DNA of 64,000 nt from Methylocystaceae bacterium (lineage in GTDB: Bacteria; Pseudomonadota; Alphaproteobacteria; Rhizobiales; Beijerinckiaceae): contig WSXZ01000021.1 of the NCBI GenBank assembly GCA_009773555.1, positions 574 to 64,573 of the forward strand, in the 5' to 3' direction. Each line of letters starts with the position of its first letter. Position 1 is the first letter of the stretch. A program made the position numbers and the translations under genes. The notes under the pieces were generated by a model. That model saw only the letters and a program-made list of their open reading frames with translations, was not told the DNA's origin and made no database searches. Shown here piece by piece: positions 37,523 to 46,984 of this stretch.

Positions 37523-38194
37523 TCAGATCGTCGCGTTCGACGCGCCCCCGGCCCTCTTGGCGCATCGGTTGAGGATTTCGATCACTTCATCATCGCTGAT
37601 CTGGCGAAAATCACGGTAGAAAAAGCCTATCGCGCCGAATGCGCGATGCGTCTCAAGACAAACAATCTCGTCGACTTCAGCGCTAAGAGACTCCAGCGAA
37701 TCTGGAGGCGCGACCGGCACGGCCAAGACAAGCTTCTTCGGCGCACGCGCTCGGACGGCGCGCAGCGCCGCGCGCGTCGTCGCGCCGGTGGCGACGCCGT
37801 CATCGACAACGATGGCGATGCGCCCTTTCGCCTCCGGTCGTTCACGACCCCCGAGATAGAGCCACCGGCGCCGCTCGATCTCCTCAAGCTCGCGCGCGCA
37901 CACCTCCTCAAATTCTTGTTCGCTCACATTCGCCATGGCGATCACGTCCTCATTGCGCACGACGACCGGCGCGCCGCCATCCGCCACGGCGCCCATCGCC
38001 AGCTCCGGCTGGATGGGCACGCCAATTTTCCTGACGAGCACGAGATCGAGAGGCGCCTTCAGCAAAACCGCGATCGGCTCGGCGACGGGCGCTCCGCCGC
38101 GCGGCAGGGCGAAGACGACAACATCCTCGCCCTTGAATTTCTCAAGCTCGGCGGCAAGGCGACGTCCAGCGTCGGTTCGGTCGTAAAAGGACAT
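37523..38194 (-). CDS. Phosphoribosyltransferase family protein
   Basis: PRPP-binding loop IAIVVDDGVATGATT. The likely start is MSFYDRTDAGRRLA. Confidence 0.75.
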   Translation of the reverse strand: MSFYDRTDAGRRLAAELEKFKGEDVVVFALPRGGAPVAEPIAVLLKAPLDLVLVRKIGVPIQPELAMGAVADGGAPVVVRNEDVIAMANVSEQEFEEVCARELEEIERRRWLYLGGRERPEAKGRIAIVVDDGVATGATTRAALRAVRARAPKKLVLAVPVAPPDSLESLSAEVDEIVCLETHRAFGAIGFFYRDFRQISDDEVIEILNRCAKRAGGASNATI

Positions 38195-38201
38195 GGCGCC
38201 C

Positions 38202-39149
38202 TCACCTTTCTGTCGGATCGTCGGCGTCGAGCGCCGTTTGCGCAAGATTCAGATAGCGCGTCGCCAGCGGCTCCCACTTCGTTGGCTCCCGAGGCGCCTC
38301 ATCGAGAAGATGCGCCACGGACTGCCGCGCGCGCAGCACCGCGCGCCAAGCCGCGTAAAGCGACACCAGACGTCGCGGGGGTTCGCAGGAGAGTCGCTGC
38401 GCCAATTTGCCGACGAGTTCGACGCCGAGCGCATTCGCGCCAAGCAGCGCACATTCGATCCCGAGATAGGCAAGCTCGTCAAAGGGATCGACCTGGCGCA
38501 GTTCGGCGTTGAACTCCAGACAGTCGAATATGGCGATGGGGTCGCGAAAGCAGATATGCTCCGGGCGCAAGTCGCCATGCCCGTCGACGACCTGGCCCTG
38601 AAAGACGCGCTCCTGCAACTGTGATCGGCTGGCCGCCAGCCTTGCGTCGAGAAGGTCGAGCAGAACGGGTGTGCGCCCATGATCGAGCGCGAAATCCCGC
38701 CGCGTCAGAACGTCTCGATTCTTTTCCTGCTCGCGAAAAAAACGCAGCGCATAATCCTCGGCGCTGATCGAGGAGCGTTCGACGCCGCGATAGAAAATCC
38801 CCAATGTGTCGCAGAGCGCGTCAATCTGCGCCGCGCTCAAGCGATCTTCGGCGATCAGCCGATCGAGCATCGCTTCGCGCGGCAGGCGCCGCATTTCGAC
38901 AAGCCAGTCGACGACGGCGCCATCGCCGCCAAGCGCCATGCCGTCTTCCGCGCTATAGGTTAGCGGCGCGACGCCCAAATACACATCGGCCGCGAGCCGG
39001 CGGTTCAGGCGCACCTCCTCGCGACAATTGTGTTCGCGAGAATCGATCGTCGAGAAGTCGAGAAAGGGATAGCGAACGGGTTTCTTGAGCTTGTAGACCT
39101 TGTCGCCTGCCAGAAAGACATAGGACATATGCGTTTCCAGCACCGCCAC
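38202..39149 (-). CDS. Aminoglycoside-phosphotransferase-like kinase domain protein (N-terminus possibly damaged)
   Basis: ETHMSYVFLAGDKVYKLKKPVRYPFLDFST and HGDLRPEHI (APH-type catalytic loop). Family-typical N-terminal residues continue in frame upstream of the first start codon. Confidence 0.7.
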   Translation of the reverse strand: MAVLETHMSYVFLAGDKVYKLKKPVRYPFLDFSTIDSREHNCREEVRLNRRLAADVYLGVAPLTYSAEDGMALGGDGAVVDWLVEMRRLPREAMLDRLIAEDRLSAAQIDALCDTLGIFYRGVERSSISAEDYALRFFREQEKNRDVLTRRDFALDHGRTPVLLDLLDARLAASRSQLQERVFQGQVVDGHGDLRPEHICFRDPIAIFDCLEFNAELRQVDPFDELAYLGIECALLGANALGVELVGKLAQRLSCEPPRRLVSLYAAWRAVLRARQSVAHLLDEAPREPTKWEPLATRYLNLAQTALDADDPTER

Positions 39150-39233
39150 CGACGCCGGCGCGTGCGCATAGGCGCCGGGCGCGCTGAGAAATCGAACTTT
39201 CTCGGCAATTGCGACTGCATCGTCGCGGCTTTC

Positions 39234-39487
39234 TCAACACGTGATGCAGATGAAGGGCGCAGCTCGCGTGCGGGCCTTTCCGGACGACCGCCTGTCAGAC
39301 AGGACAAGATGCAGGTTGTTCTCGGCACGCCGGCCGATGATCTGCCCGTCCGGATCTTTGATCGAGACGTGACAGGCTGTCGCACTTGCACAGCCATCCT
39401 CGAGCCTTTCGATCATGCGCATGATCTTCTCTTGCGGTCGGAGGGCGGCTCAAAGCCCTGAAAATCGATCTTCTGCTGCGTTTGCAT
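39234..39487 (-). pseudogene. Short HPF/RaiA-family ribosome-associated protein, frameshifted
   Basis: GGAGG lies 8 nt upstream of the ATG at 39487. MQTQQKIDFQGFEP stops after 24 codons. The family-like continuation AALRPQEKIMRMIERLEDGCASATACHVSIKDP is in another frame. Confidence 0.4.
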
Positions 39488-39632
39488 CGAAATTCCTCCA
39501 AAGCTGAGGCGCGCATGAACGTCCTCAAGAGGATATGGCGAGGTCTGAGCGGTTTCTCCAGAAGAAGATTCATACTGCGACGCCATGAAGGACGCCATGT
39601 AGGCTGAAACGTCCAATCTGCACGAGGTCACT

Positions 39633-40277
39633 ATGACGAGCGACTTCACGACCGCCGACGTCGCGATCGGCCCCCATCGATTGGAGGGATCGCTGTACCT
39701 GCCTCAATCGCCACAGGGGCTCATCATTTTCGCGCATGGCAGCGGCTCTTCGCGCTTCAGTCCGCGCAACAGATATGTCGCGGAGCGACTCGTCGCGCAG
39801 GGATTCGCCTGTTTGCTGTTCGATCTCCTCACCGCCACGGAAGGCGAATTCCGCCGCAACGTCTTCGACATTGAACTGCTCGGCGCGCGCGTCGGCGAGG
39901 CGATCGATTGGACGAGCGACAGCGATATGGCTCGCTTGCCCATCGGGCTGTTCGGGGCGAGCACGGGCGCCGCCGCCGCGCTCGTCGCCGCGGCCGACGA
40001 ACCACGCGTCGCCGCCGTCGTCTCTCGCGGCGGTCGGCCAGATCTTGCAGGCGACGCGCTGCGGCGGGTTCTAGCGCCGACATTGCTGATCGTCGGCGGA
40101 CTGGACTATGGCGTGATTGAACTTAATCGCAGCGCGCAGCAGCTGCTCAGATGCCGGAACCGTCTCGACATCGTTCCCGGCGCCACCCATCTCTTCGAGG
40201 AGCCCGGCACATTGGAGAGCGCCGTCGAGCGCGCGACCAAATGGTTTGTAGAGTGTCTTTGCGCGCCTCAGGCGTGA
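39633..40277 (+). CDS. Dienelactone hydrolase family alpha/beta hydrolase
   Basis: LIIFAHGSGSS nucleophile region. The ~214-aa size is typical of the DLH family. Confidence 0.75.
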   Translation: MTSDFTTADVAIGPHRLEGSLYLPQSPQGLIIFAHGSGSSRFSPRNRYVAERLVAQGFACLLFDLLTATEGEFRRNVFDIELLGARVGEAIDWTSDSDMARLPIGLFGASTGAAAALVAAADEPRVAAVVSRGGRPDLAGDALRRVLAPTLLIVGGLDYGVIELNRSAQQLLRCRNRLDIVPGATHLFEEPGTLESAVERATKWFVECLCAPQA

Positions 40278-40339
40278 CCCAAGAATAACGCCCAAGAATA
40301 ACACATGCTACATTTTTCTTAGCGCAGGGGGTTTGAAAC

Positions 40340-41362
40340 ATGATGACGATGGCGCTGACCGAACCGCCGCGCGAAGCGGATCGCAGCCTTGCGCTCTTCG
40401 CGCTGGGCGCCAGCATATCTTTTGGCGAAGACGTCGCACAGGCGCTTGGCGCTGACCTCGCGGCGCTGGAAGACCGCGAGTTCGAAGACGGCGAATATAA
40501 GATCAGGCCGCTCGAAAATGTGCGCGGCCGCGACTGCTATGTCGTTTTCACCCTGAACGGCGACGAGGTCGCGAGCAGCGCCGACAAGCTCTGCAAACTG
40601 CTGTTCTTCGTCGGCGCGCTGAAGGACGCGGGCGCTCAGCGCGTCACGGCCGTCACGCCCTATCTGTGCTTCGCGCGCAAGGACAGGCGCACCAAGCCCC
40701 GCGATCCGGTCACCACCCGCTATGTCGCGCAGCTGTTTGAAGCGATTGGAACGGATCGTGTGGTCTGCGTCGACGTCCACAACATCGCCGCTTTTCAGAA
40801 CGCCTTTCGTTGCGAGACGGTTCACCTTGACGCTCAAGCGCTGTTTGCGCGTCATGTCGTGGCCAACATCGGGGACAGGCCTGTCGCCGTGGTCTCTCCT
40901 GATCTTGGCGGCGAGAAACGCGCGGAGCTTTTTCGGCTGCGGCTCGAACGCATGCTGAAGCGGCCCGTGGCCAAGGCTTTCATGGATAAATACCGAAGCG
41001 AGGGCCACGTCGCTGGCGATATTTTCGCGGGCGACGTCAAGGATCGCTCCGCGATCATCATCGACGACCTCATCGCCGGCGGCGGCACGGTGGCGCGCAC
41101 CGCTGCGGCCTGCCGCGCGAATGGCGCGGCGCACGTCTGGGTCGCGGCGACGCACGGCGTCTTTTCGCAAAAGGCGGCGTCCGCGCTTAAGAGCGCGCCG
41201 ATCGACCGGCTCATCATCACCGATACAACGCCGCTGCAACCGTCCATGGCCGCGCTTGGCGATCGTTTGATGGTGGTCAGCGTCGCCGGTCTTTTGGCGG
41301 AAGCGATCCGACGCCTGCACGTAAATGGTTCGATCACGCAGCTTCTGGAGGACGGGCCCTAG
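40340..41362 (+). CDS. Ribose-phosphate diphosphokinase-like protein
   Basis: Prs-like layout with FEDGEYKIRPLENVRGRDCYVV and the PRPP loop AIIIDDLIAGGGT. Confidence 0.8.
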   Translation: MMTMALTEPPREADRSLALFALGASISFGEDVAQALGADLAALEDREFEDGEYKIRPLENVRGRDCYVVFTLNGDEVASSADKLCKLLFFVGALKDAGAQRVTAVTPYLCFARKDRRTKPRDPVTTRYVAQLFEAIGTDRVVCVDVHNIAAFQNAFRCETVHLDAQALFARHVVANIGDRPVAVVSPDLGGEKRAELFRLRLERMLKRPVAKAFMDKYRSEGHVAGDIFAGDVKDRSAIIIDDLIAGGGTVARTAAACRANGAAHVWVAATHGVFSQKAASALKSAPIDRLIITDTTPLQPSMAALGDRLMVVSVAGLLAEAIRRLHVNGSITQLLEDGP

Positions 41363-41413
41363 CCGGTTAGCGCTCTGGTTGCTTCCGGCACAGAGTCGCG
41401 CCAAAAACCTCGC

Positions 41414-42256
41414 ATGAACGTGGAAGACATCGTCATTCGCGAAATGTCCAAGAGCGAACTTGATCGCGCGCTCGATTGGGCTGCGACCGAGGGCTGGAAT
41501 CCCGGACTCTACGACGCCGAGAGTTTCTACGCCGTCGATCCGAAAGGATTCTTTATCGCCGAGCGCGCCGGCGAGCCGCTGGGCTGCGTCTCCGCCGTCG
41601 CCTATGACGAGTCCTTCGGCTATGTCGGGCTTTTCATCGTTCGTCCGCCCTACCGTGGACAGGGCGTCGGCCTTCGGCTCTTGAACGTCGCGCTGCGGCA
41701 CGTGCAGGGGCGCAATGTCGGGCTCGACGCCGCGATCGACCTTCAGCAGACGTATGCGCGCTACGGATTCACATTCGCTTATCGCAACATACGTCATCGA
41801 TGCGTCGGCGGCGGCAAAGCGCCTCCCGACCTGACTGAATTGGCCGACGTCCCCTTCGACGAGATCGTGCGATATGACCAGACGGTCTTTCCGACCTCGC
41901 GACCGAATTTTCTTTCGCGCTGGATCGCTCAGCCGCAGAGCGCCGCGCTCGCCGTGGTGAGGCAAGGGCGGCTCGCCGGCTATGGCGTGCTGCGCGCGTG
42001 TCGCGACGGCTACAAAATCGGGCCGCTGTTCGCGGACGACTCGCAAATCGCCGACGCGCTGTTTCAAGGCTTATGCGCGCGCGCCGCGGGCGCGCCGGTG
42101 TTTCTCGATACGCCCGAAGCAAACGCCGCCGCCATCGCGCTGGCGCAGAGACGCCAGATGACCGCCGTGTTCGACACCGCGCGCATGTATACGGAAGGAA
42201 CGCCGCCGGGACGCACCGACCGCTGCTACGGCGTCACGACCTTCGAACTCGGGTGA
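41414..42256 (+). CDS. GNAT family N-acetyltransferase (two-domain, YitH-like)
   Basis: Acetyl-CoA motif RGQGVGLRLL. Confidence 0.75.
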   Translation: MNVEDIVIREMSKSELDRALDWAATEGWNPGLYDAESFYAVDPKGFFIAERAGEPLGCVSAVAYDESFGYVGLFIVRPPYRGQGVGLRLLNVALRHVQGRNVGLDAAIDLQQTYARYGFTFAYRNIRHRCVGGGKAPPDLTELADVPFDEIVRYDQTVFPTSRPNFLSRWIAQPQSAALAVVRQGRLAGYGVLRACRDGYKIGPLFADDSQIADALFQGLCARAAGAPVFLDTPEANAAAIALAQRRQMTAVFDTARMYTEGTPPGRTDRCYGVTTFELG

Positions 42257-42969
42257 TTCGCTTCGCCGGACAGGGCGCCGAGGCGATCGATAAGATCGGA
42301 GGCCGCGGCGCTCGGCGCGATCAACGTCGGATCGTCGTCGGCTTCGCCCGAACGGTTGACGCGCGGCGACACGGTCCATTCCTGTAGAGCTTCTTCGGGC
42401 GGCAATCGGAGCAATGCGCTGGGATCCGCGCCCGACATCCATGCGTTGGCGTCGCGCCAGTCGAGAATGACCGGCATCCGGTCATGGAAACGACGCATCC
42501 AGCCATTCGCTGGACCGACGATGATCGTCGCGGAGTCGATCGTCGCATCGCTTTCAATATCGCGACAGCTCTCGCACAAGCCGGCGAAGGCGAGCGGGCG
42601 GCCGTCGGGCGCCGTGAAATAATGTGGAGTCCTGGCGCCTTTCGCCCCGGTCCATTCATAGAAGCCCGACGCCGGGATGATGCAGCGGCGAGATGCGAAG
42701 GCCGAGCGGAACATCGGTTTTTCGGCGACCGTCTCGGCGCGCGCATTGAAGGTTGCGGGCAGTTCGCGCAGGGGCTTCTTCCACCAGGAGGGCGCGAAAC
42801 CCCAGCGCATCTGGACAAGCTCATGTCCTGCCGGCGTCGGCCTGATGACCTCGATCATCGTCGTCGGCGCCACATTGTAGCGCGGTTGCAGATTGCGCGG
42901 CTGGCCGATCAAATCGGCAAGCCGCTGGAGCTCCTCCCAGGAGAGATGCTGCGTAAAGCGTCCGCACAT
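42226..42969 (-). CDS. SOS response-associated peptidase (SRAP/YedK)
   Basis: The N-terminus MCGRFTQ carries the catalytic Cys2. The product is 247 aa. Confidence 0.85.
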   Translation of the reverse strand: MCGRFTQHLSWEELQRLADLIGQPRNLQPRYNVAPTTMIEVIRPTPAGHELVQMRWGFAPSWWKKPLRELPATFNARAETVAEKPMFRSAFASRRCIIPASGFYEWTGAKGARTPHYFTAPDGRPLAFAGLCESCRDIESDATIDSATIIVGPANGWMRRFHDRMPVILDWRDANAWMSGADPSALLRLPPEEALQEWTVSPRVNRSGEADDDPTLIAPSAAASDLIDRLGALSGEANHPSSKVVTP

Positions 42970-42988
42970 TAAGCGAGACCGTCCTGTC

Positions 42989-43294
42989 TCAGTAGTAGTG
43001 GCGCCGATAGCGGCGTCCGTAATATGGGCGCGGCGCCGTAGCGGCGCCAATGATCGCGCCGCCTGCTGCGCCGACCGCCGCCGTGGCGAGCGTTGGGCCG
43101 GCAAGTCCGCCCGAGGCAAGCGCGCCGATGCCGGCGCCGCCCAGACCGCCGATGACGCCGCCGCCGAGGGCGCGTTCCGCGGGCGTGTAGCAGCCATAAA
43201 GCGGCAGTGAGGCCGTCAGAAGCGTCGCAAGGACGAGGGCTTTCTTGACCCGGCCGGGCGTGGCGATGCTGTGCATTTTCATTCCCTTGTTCAT
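42989..43294 (-). CDS. Glycine-zipper lipoprotein
   Basis: Lipobox LPLYGC followed by GGGVIGGLGGAGIGALASGGLAG. Confidence 0.6.
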   Translation of the reverse strand: MNKGMKMHSIATPGRVKKALVLATLLTASLPLYGCYTPAERALGGGVIGGLGGAGIGALASGGLAGPTLATAAVGAAGGAIIGAATAPRPYYGRRYRRHYY

Positions 43295-43648
43295 GCTCTC
43301 GCCGCGTTGGCGCTGAAGCCGAGCCTTCGCGGCGCATCGCCGAATGACCCCAGATTTGCGCCAGAACGATGGCCCTGTCGTGAAGCCACAGGCCAGAACG
43401 ATGGCCTCGAGAAGGCCACAGCCGCGGCGCTCGATGACGACGCGCAACACTTGTTTCGTCTTCCTTCTAATTGGAACATTTCGCAAATAAGAACGGTGCG
43501 AACAGCGGCTTTCTGAAAGACTTCCGATGAGGGATCAATTGTATTGACGCAGGAAGTCGCCTGTTAAATCTTGATACCATGCACGCGGCGCCGCTGAGAC
43601 TTTCAGCATCGAACCCTCGAGCAAAAAATCAGGCGCGCAACCCCACGC

Positions 43649-43918
43649 GTGACGTTCCGTGCCCTCAAGGAGAGAATGATGTGCGATCTGGCGCGAGAGA
43701 GGAAACGCATTGATTCGATCCTCGCCGACGCGATGAACCAAAACTCGGTTCGACTGTCGATCGATGAAGTCGAACTCGCCGGCTATGGGCTTGCGGCGCT
43801 GCGCAGCCACTATGCGCTTTCCTGTCCGGATGAATGCATGCGCAAGAGATGTGACGAATTCGCCGCGTTCGTCGCGCTGTCGCGTCGTGCGCAGCAGCAT
43901 GCGCTGCATGCGCTATGA
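43649..43918 (+). CDS. Hypothetical protein
   Basis: GC3-rich codon pattern on the + strand, and it lies upstream of the ABM/peroxiredoxin genes. A competing minus-strand ORF (43535..43909) looks less protein-like. Confidence 0.3.
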   Translation: MTFRALKERMMCDLARERKRIDSILADAMNQNSVRLSIDEVELAGYGLAALRSHYALSCPDECMRKRCDEFAAFVALSRRAQQHALHAL

Positions 43919-43950
43919 AATATTCGGCAACAGGAAAGAAGGAACGCGCA

Positions 43951-44256
43951 ATGTTCATGGCCTCGAACCAGTTCAAGGTCGTCAAGGGCTGCGAAGAAAC
44001 CTTCGAAACGGCTTGGCGAGAGACAAGCGTCCGGCTGCGGGAAGCGGCCGGCCTCATCGGATTTCAATTCCATCGGGGCAAGGAGAGCGGTCCGCACGTG
44101 CTCTATTTCTCGGTGACCATGTGGGAGACGGAAGAGCGCTTCCTCGATTGGCGACGCGCCGAACTCTATGGGCTGCCGAGCGGCGGCGCTGGACCGCGCT
44201 GCGCCTCGAGGCTGGAGGAGTTCGACGCGACGGTCTCCAGAAGCAATCCGCAATAG
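43951..44256 (+). CDS. Antibiotic-biosynthesis-monooxygenase (ABM) domain protein
   Basis: MFMASNQFKVVKGCEETFETAW...LYFSVTMWETEERFLDW resembles ABM/HmoA-like proteins. AAGGAA lies 7 nt upstream of the ATG. Confidence 0.55.
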   Translation: MFMASNQFKVVKGCEETFETAWRETSVRLREAAGLIGFQFHRGKESGPHVLYFSVTMWETEERFLDWRRAELYGLPSGGAGPRCASRLEEFDATVSRSNPQ

Positions 44257-44285
44257 GCGCCGACGGCGTTTTCTAGGAGAAAGAC

Positions 44286-44843
44286 ATGTTGGGAATTGGG
44301 GACAGCATACCGCCTTTCGTTGTCACCGGCGTTAAGCCGGGATTCAACGAGGTCGAAGAAAACGGTGAAACAGCCTTCGAAACGCTCAGCGAGACGAGCT
44401 TCCCAGGCATGTGGAAAATCATCTTCTTTTATCCGAAAGACTTTACCTTCGTTTGTCCGACGGAAATCGCGGCCTTCGCGCGCTTGTCGAAGGATTTCGC
44501 CGAGCGCGACGCCGTCGTTCTCGGCGGCTCGAGCGACAATGAGTTCGTGAAGCTTGCTTGGCGACGCGACCACCGCGACTTGAAAAGCTTGCCGATATGG
44601 CAGTTCGCCGATTCGAAGGGCGATCTGATCGATGGCCTCGGCGTGCGCGCGCCTTCAGGCGTCGCCTATCGCGCGACCTTCGTCGTCGATCCTGGCAATG
44701 TCATTCAACATATCTATGCGACGAATCTCGACGTCGGCCGCGCGCCGGACGACACGCTGCGCGTCCTCGACGCCTTGCAGACCGGCGCGCTCTGCCCCTG
44801 TAGTCGGCCGGTCGGCGGAGAAACGCTTATCCCCGCGGCATGA
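44286..44843 (+). CDS. Peroxiredoxin (AhpC/TSA family, 2-Cys type)
   Basis: Peroxidatic motif FTFVCPTEI and a C-terminal resolving region LQTGALCPC. Confidence 0.85.
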   Translation: MLGIGDSIPPFVVTGVKPGFNEVEENGETAFETLSETSFPGMWKIIFFYPKDFTFVCPTEIAAFARLSKDFAERDAVVLGGSSDNEFVKLAWRRDHRDLKSLPIWQFADSKGDLIDGLGVRAPSGVAYRATFVVDPGNVIQHIYATNLDVGRAPDDTLRVLDALQTGALCPCSRPVGGETLIPAA

Positions 44844-45786
44844 TGACCGTGGACGCGGCGCCCGGCAACTGCAGCGTCAGACATTTCGCGGCGCCGCCCG
44901 CCTTCATGAATTCCGAAAGCGGCGTCACGACGGGCGTGAAGCCTGCGTCGATCAGGCGCGAACGAAGATCGTCGGAACAGGCGTTGAGGAAAACGCGCCC
45001 GGAGACTTCGACAGCGTTGCAGGCGAAAGAGAGCGCGTCTTTCTCGCCGACTTCGATTCGCTTCTCCACTGGCGCGATGGCTCGGATAGCTTCCTGAGAC
45101 GCACTATCGAAGGCCGCGGGGTAATACATCAGCCAGCCGCCGCTCAGTGGGCAGAAGCAGGTGTCAAGATGATAGAAGCGCGGGTCGACGAGCCTCAGCG
45201 CGACGGCGCGCCGGCCGAAGATTTTTTCAAGATATTTGGGCGCGTCTTCGCTTGAGCGCCAGCCATAGCCGCACCAGACAATGCCCCGCGCGTGATCGAG
45301 AAGCGCGTCGCCGGCGCCCTCGAATGGAATATTCTCCGGCCAAGGTGCGATCGAATAGCCTTGCGCTTCGAACCATTCGCAAAACAGACGCTCTTCGGGC
45401 CGGCGCTCCTTGGCGTTGAACCGACTCACGACAGCCGTGTCGCCGATCGCAAGCCCCGCATTGGCGGTGAAGACCATGTCCGGCAGGCCGGGCGTCGGCG
45501 CGACGAAAGCGATATCGCTATGCGCCGCGAGCTTGCCGCGCAAGTTCTCCCATTGCGCCTTCGCGCGCGGCAGCGCCGCTTGCCCAATCTGATTTTCCAT
45601 CCACGGATTGATGATGTAATCGACGCCGAAATGGTCCGGCGCGCACATCAGTAGCGCGCGACGCGCAGGCGCAGGCCGTGGCGGCGCAGCCTCGCGCGCA
45701 TCGCTCCGCGGCGCATCGCTCAACACAGCGGCTTCGACGTCGAAGCTCATCAGCGAATTCTCTGGCATTGAACGTCCGTCGATCAT
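44827..45786 (-). CDS. Amidinotransferase / dimethylarginine dimethylaminohydrolase-fold protein
   Basis: Pentein-fold-like segments MVFTANAG and FYHLDTCFCPL, with a C-terminal GGAAKCLTL catalytic-Cys context. Confidence 0.65.
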   Translation of the reverse strand: MIDGRSMPENSLMSFDVEAAVLSDAPRSDAREAAPPRPAPARRALLMCAPDHFGVDYIINPWMENQIGQAALPRAKAQWENLRGKLAAHSDIAFVAPTPGLPDMVFTANAGLAIGDTAVVSRFNAKERRPEERLFCEWFEAQGYSIAPWPENIPFEGAGDALLDHARGIVWCGYGWRSSEDAPKYLEKIFGRRAVALRLVDPRFYHLDTCFCPLSGGWLMYYPAAFDSASQEAIRAIAPVEKRIEVGEKDALSFACNAVEVSGRVFLNACSDDLRSRLIDAGFTPVVTPLSEFMKAGGAAKCLTLQLPGAASTVIMPRG

Positions 45787-46850
45787 GCGAGCTGTTCCGT
45801 CCTTACGAGAGTTGCGTCGGCTTCCTGCTCCGCGTCGAGCGGATGCAGCAGTGAGAACAGATCCTTCGGGTCCGAGGGCTCAGCGATCAGCTCGATTTTG
45901 CGGCCAACGCCCGTCTCCCGCGCGAGATCGCGCAACAGGCGCAACACCGAGAAATCCTCGATGGCGAAACCGACGCTGTCGAAGATCGTGATCGCGTCTT
46001 TGGAGGTGCGCCCTGGTCGATGACCGCCGAGAATCTCCCGCAGTTCCGTCACCGGATGCTCCGGGCCGAGTTGCTGAATTTCGCCCTCGCTGCGCGTCTG
46101 CGGCGCATATTCGACACATATCTCAGAGCGCAGCAGCAGTTCGCGCGCAAGCTCGGTCTTGCCCGGGCAATCGCCGCCGACCGCGTTGATATGGGTTCCA
46201 GGCCCAACCATGTCGTCGGCCAGTATCGTGGCGAATTTCTTATCCGCCGTGATCGTCGTAATGATGTCTGCGCCGGATGCGGCGCTGCGCGCGTCGAGGC
46301 ACCGAATGATCGTCAGGCCGAAATCGGCCATGTTGCGCTCGAACTTCTCGACGGCGTCAGGGTCGACATCGAAAACCCGAAGCCGGTCGACGCCAAGAAC
46401 GACGTGAAAGGCGCAGGCCTGAAACTCCGACTGGGCGCCAAGGCCGATCAACGCCATTGTCTTGCTGTCGGGCCGCGCGAGATGCGCCGCCGCCAGCGCC
46501 GAAGTGGCGCCGGTTCGGAAGGCGGTGGCGAGCGTCATGTCGGCGATGAGCGTCGGATAGCCGGTTTCGACATCGGCGAGCGCGCCGAAGGCGACGACGG
46601 TCTGCAGGTTGAAGCGCGTGTTGCCGGGATGACCGTTGACGAATTTAAAAGCGAAAGCCTCGCCGTCGCTTGTCGGCATCAATTCAATGACGCCGCGCGG
46701 CGAATGGCTCGCGTAACGTGGCGACTTCTCGAACGCGTCCCAGCGCATAAAATCGCGACGCAGATAGTCGACGAGCAGCAACCAAAAGCGTCGCGCGCCC
46801 ACTTCTCCAACAATGCGGGCGATATCTCGCGCGCTGAGAAACGTCACCAT
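45783..46850 (-). CDS. Ornithine cyclodeaminase family protein
   Basis: Rossmann segment MALIGLGAQSEFQ. Size and overall pattern fit OCD/mu-crystallin proteins. It overlaps the downstream gene by 4 bp. Confidence 0.8.
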   Translation of the reverse strand: MVTFLSARDIARIVGEVGARRFWLLLVDYLRRDFMRWDAFEKSPRYASHSPRGVIELMPTSDGEAFAFKFVNGHPGNTRFNLQTVVAFGALADVETGYPTLIADMTLATAFRTGATSALAAAHLARPDSKTMALIGLGAQSEFQACAFHVVLGVDRLRVFDVDPDAVEKFERNMADFGLTIIRCLDARSAASGADIITTITADKKFATILADDMVGPGTHINAVGGDCPGKTELARELLLRSEICVEYAPQTRSEGEIQQLGPEHPVTELREILGGHRPGRTSKDAITIFDSVGFAIEDFSVLRLLRDLARETGVGRKIELIAEPSDPKDLFSLLHPLDAEQEADATLVRTEQLA

Positions 46851-46984
46851 GCCTTCTCCAATCAGTGCATGTCGGGGAGACTAGAACGCGGCGCCGCTAA
46901 TCAAAATCGCCATAAATTCTCGAAACGGCTCGAATTTTGTCATTTCGGTCATAGATATTGATCGTTTCGATAGAGGCGTGGCCC

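Noticed and set aside
39234-39236. In-frame TGA between the HPF-like ORF and the kinase ORF as a selenocysteine or read-through codon
   Set aside because: There is no SECIS-like hairpin directly downstream and no sel genes in view. The two flanking segments belong to unrelated protein families. Gene decay or a sequence error is a simpler explanation.
40319-42067. 582-aa minus-strand ORF opposite the Prs-like and GNAT genes
   Set aside because: It is antisense to two genes with clear PRPP-loop and acetyl-CoA motifs, so it is an artefact.
43535-43909. 124-aa minus-strand ORF between the lipoprotein gene and the ABM gene
   Set aside because: It competes with a + strand ORF that has better third-position GC bias and operon context. 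Neither has motifs, so only the + strand ORF is listed, at low confidence.
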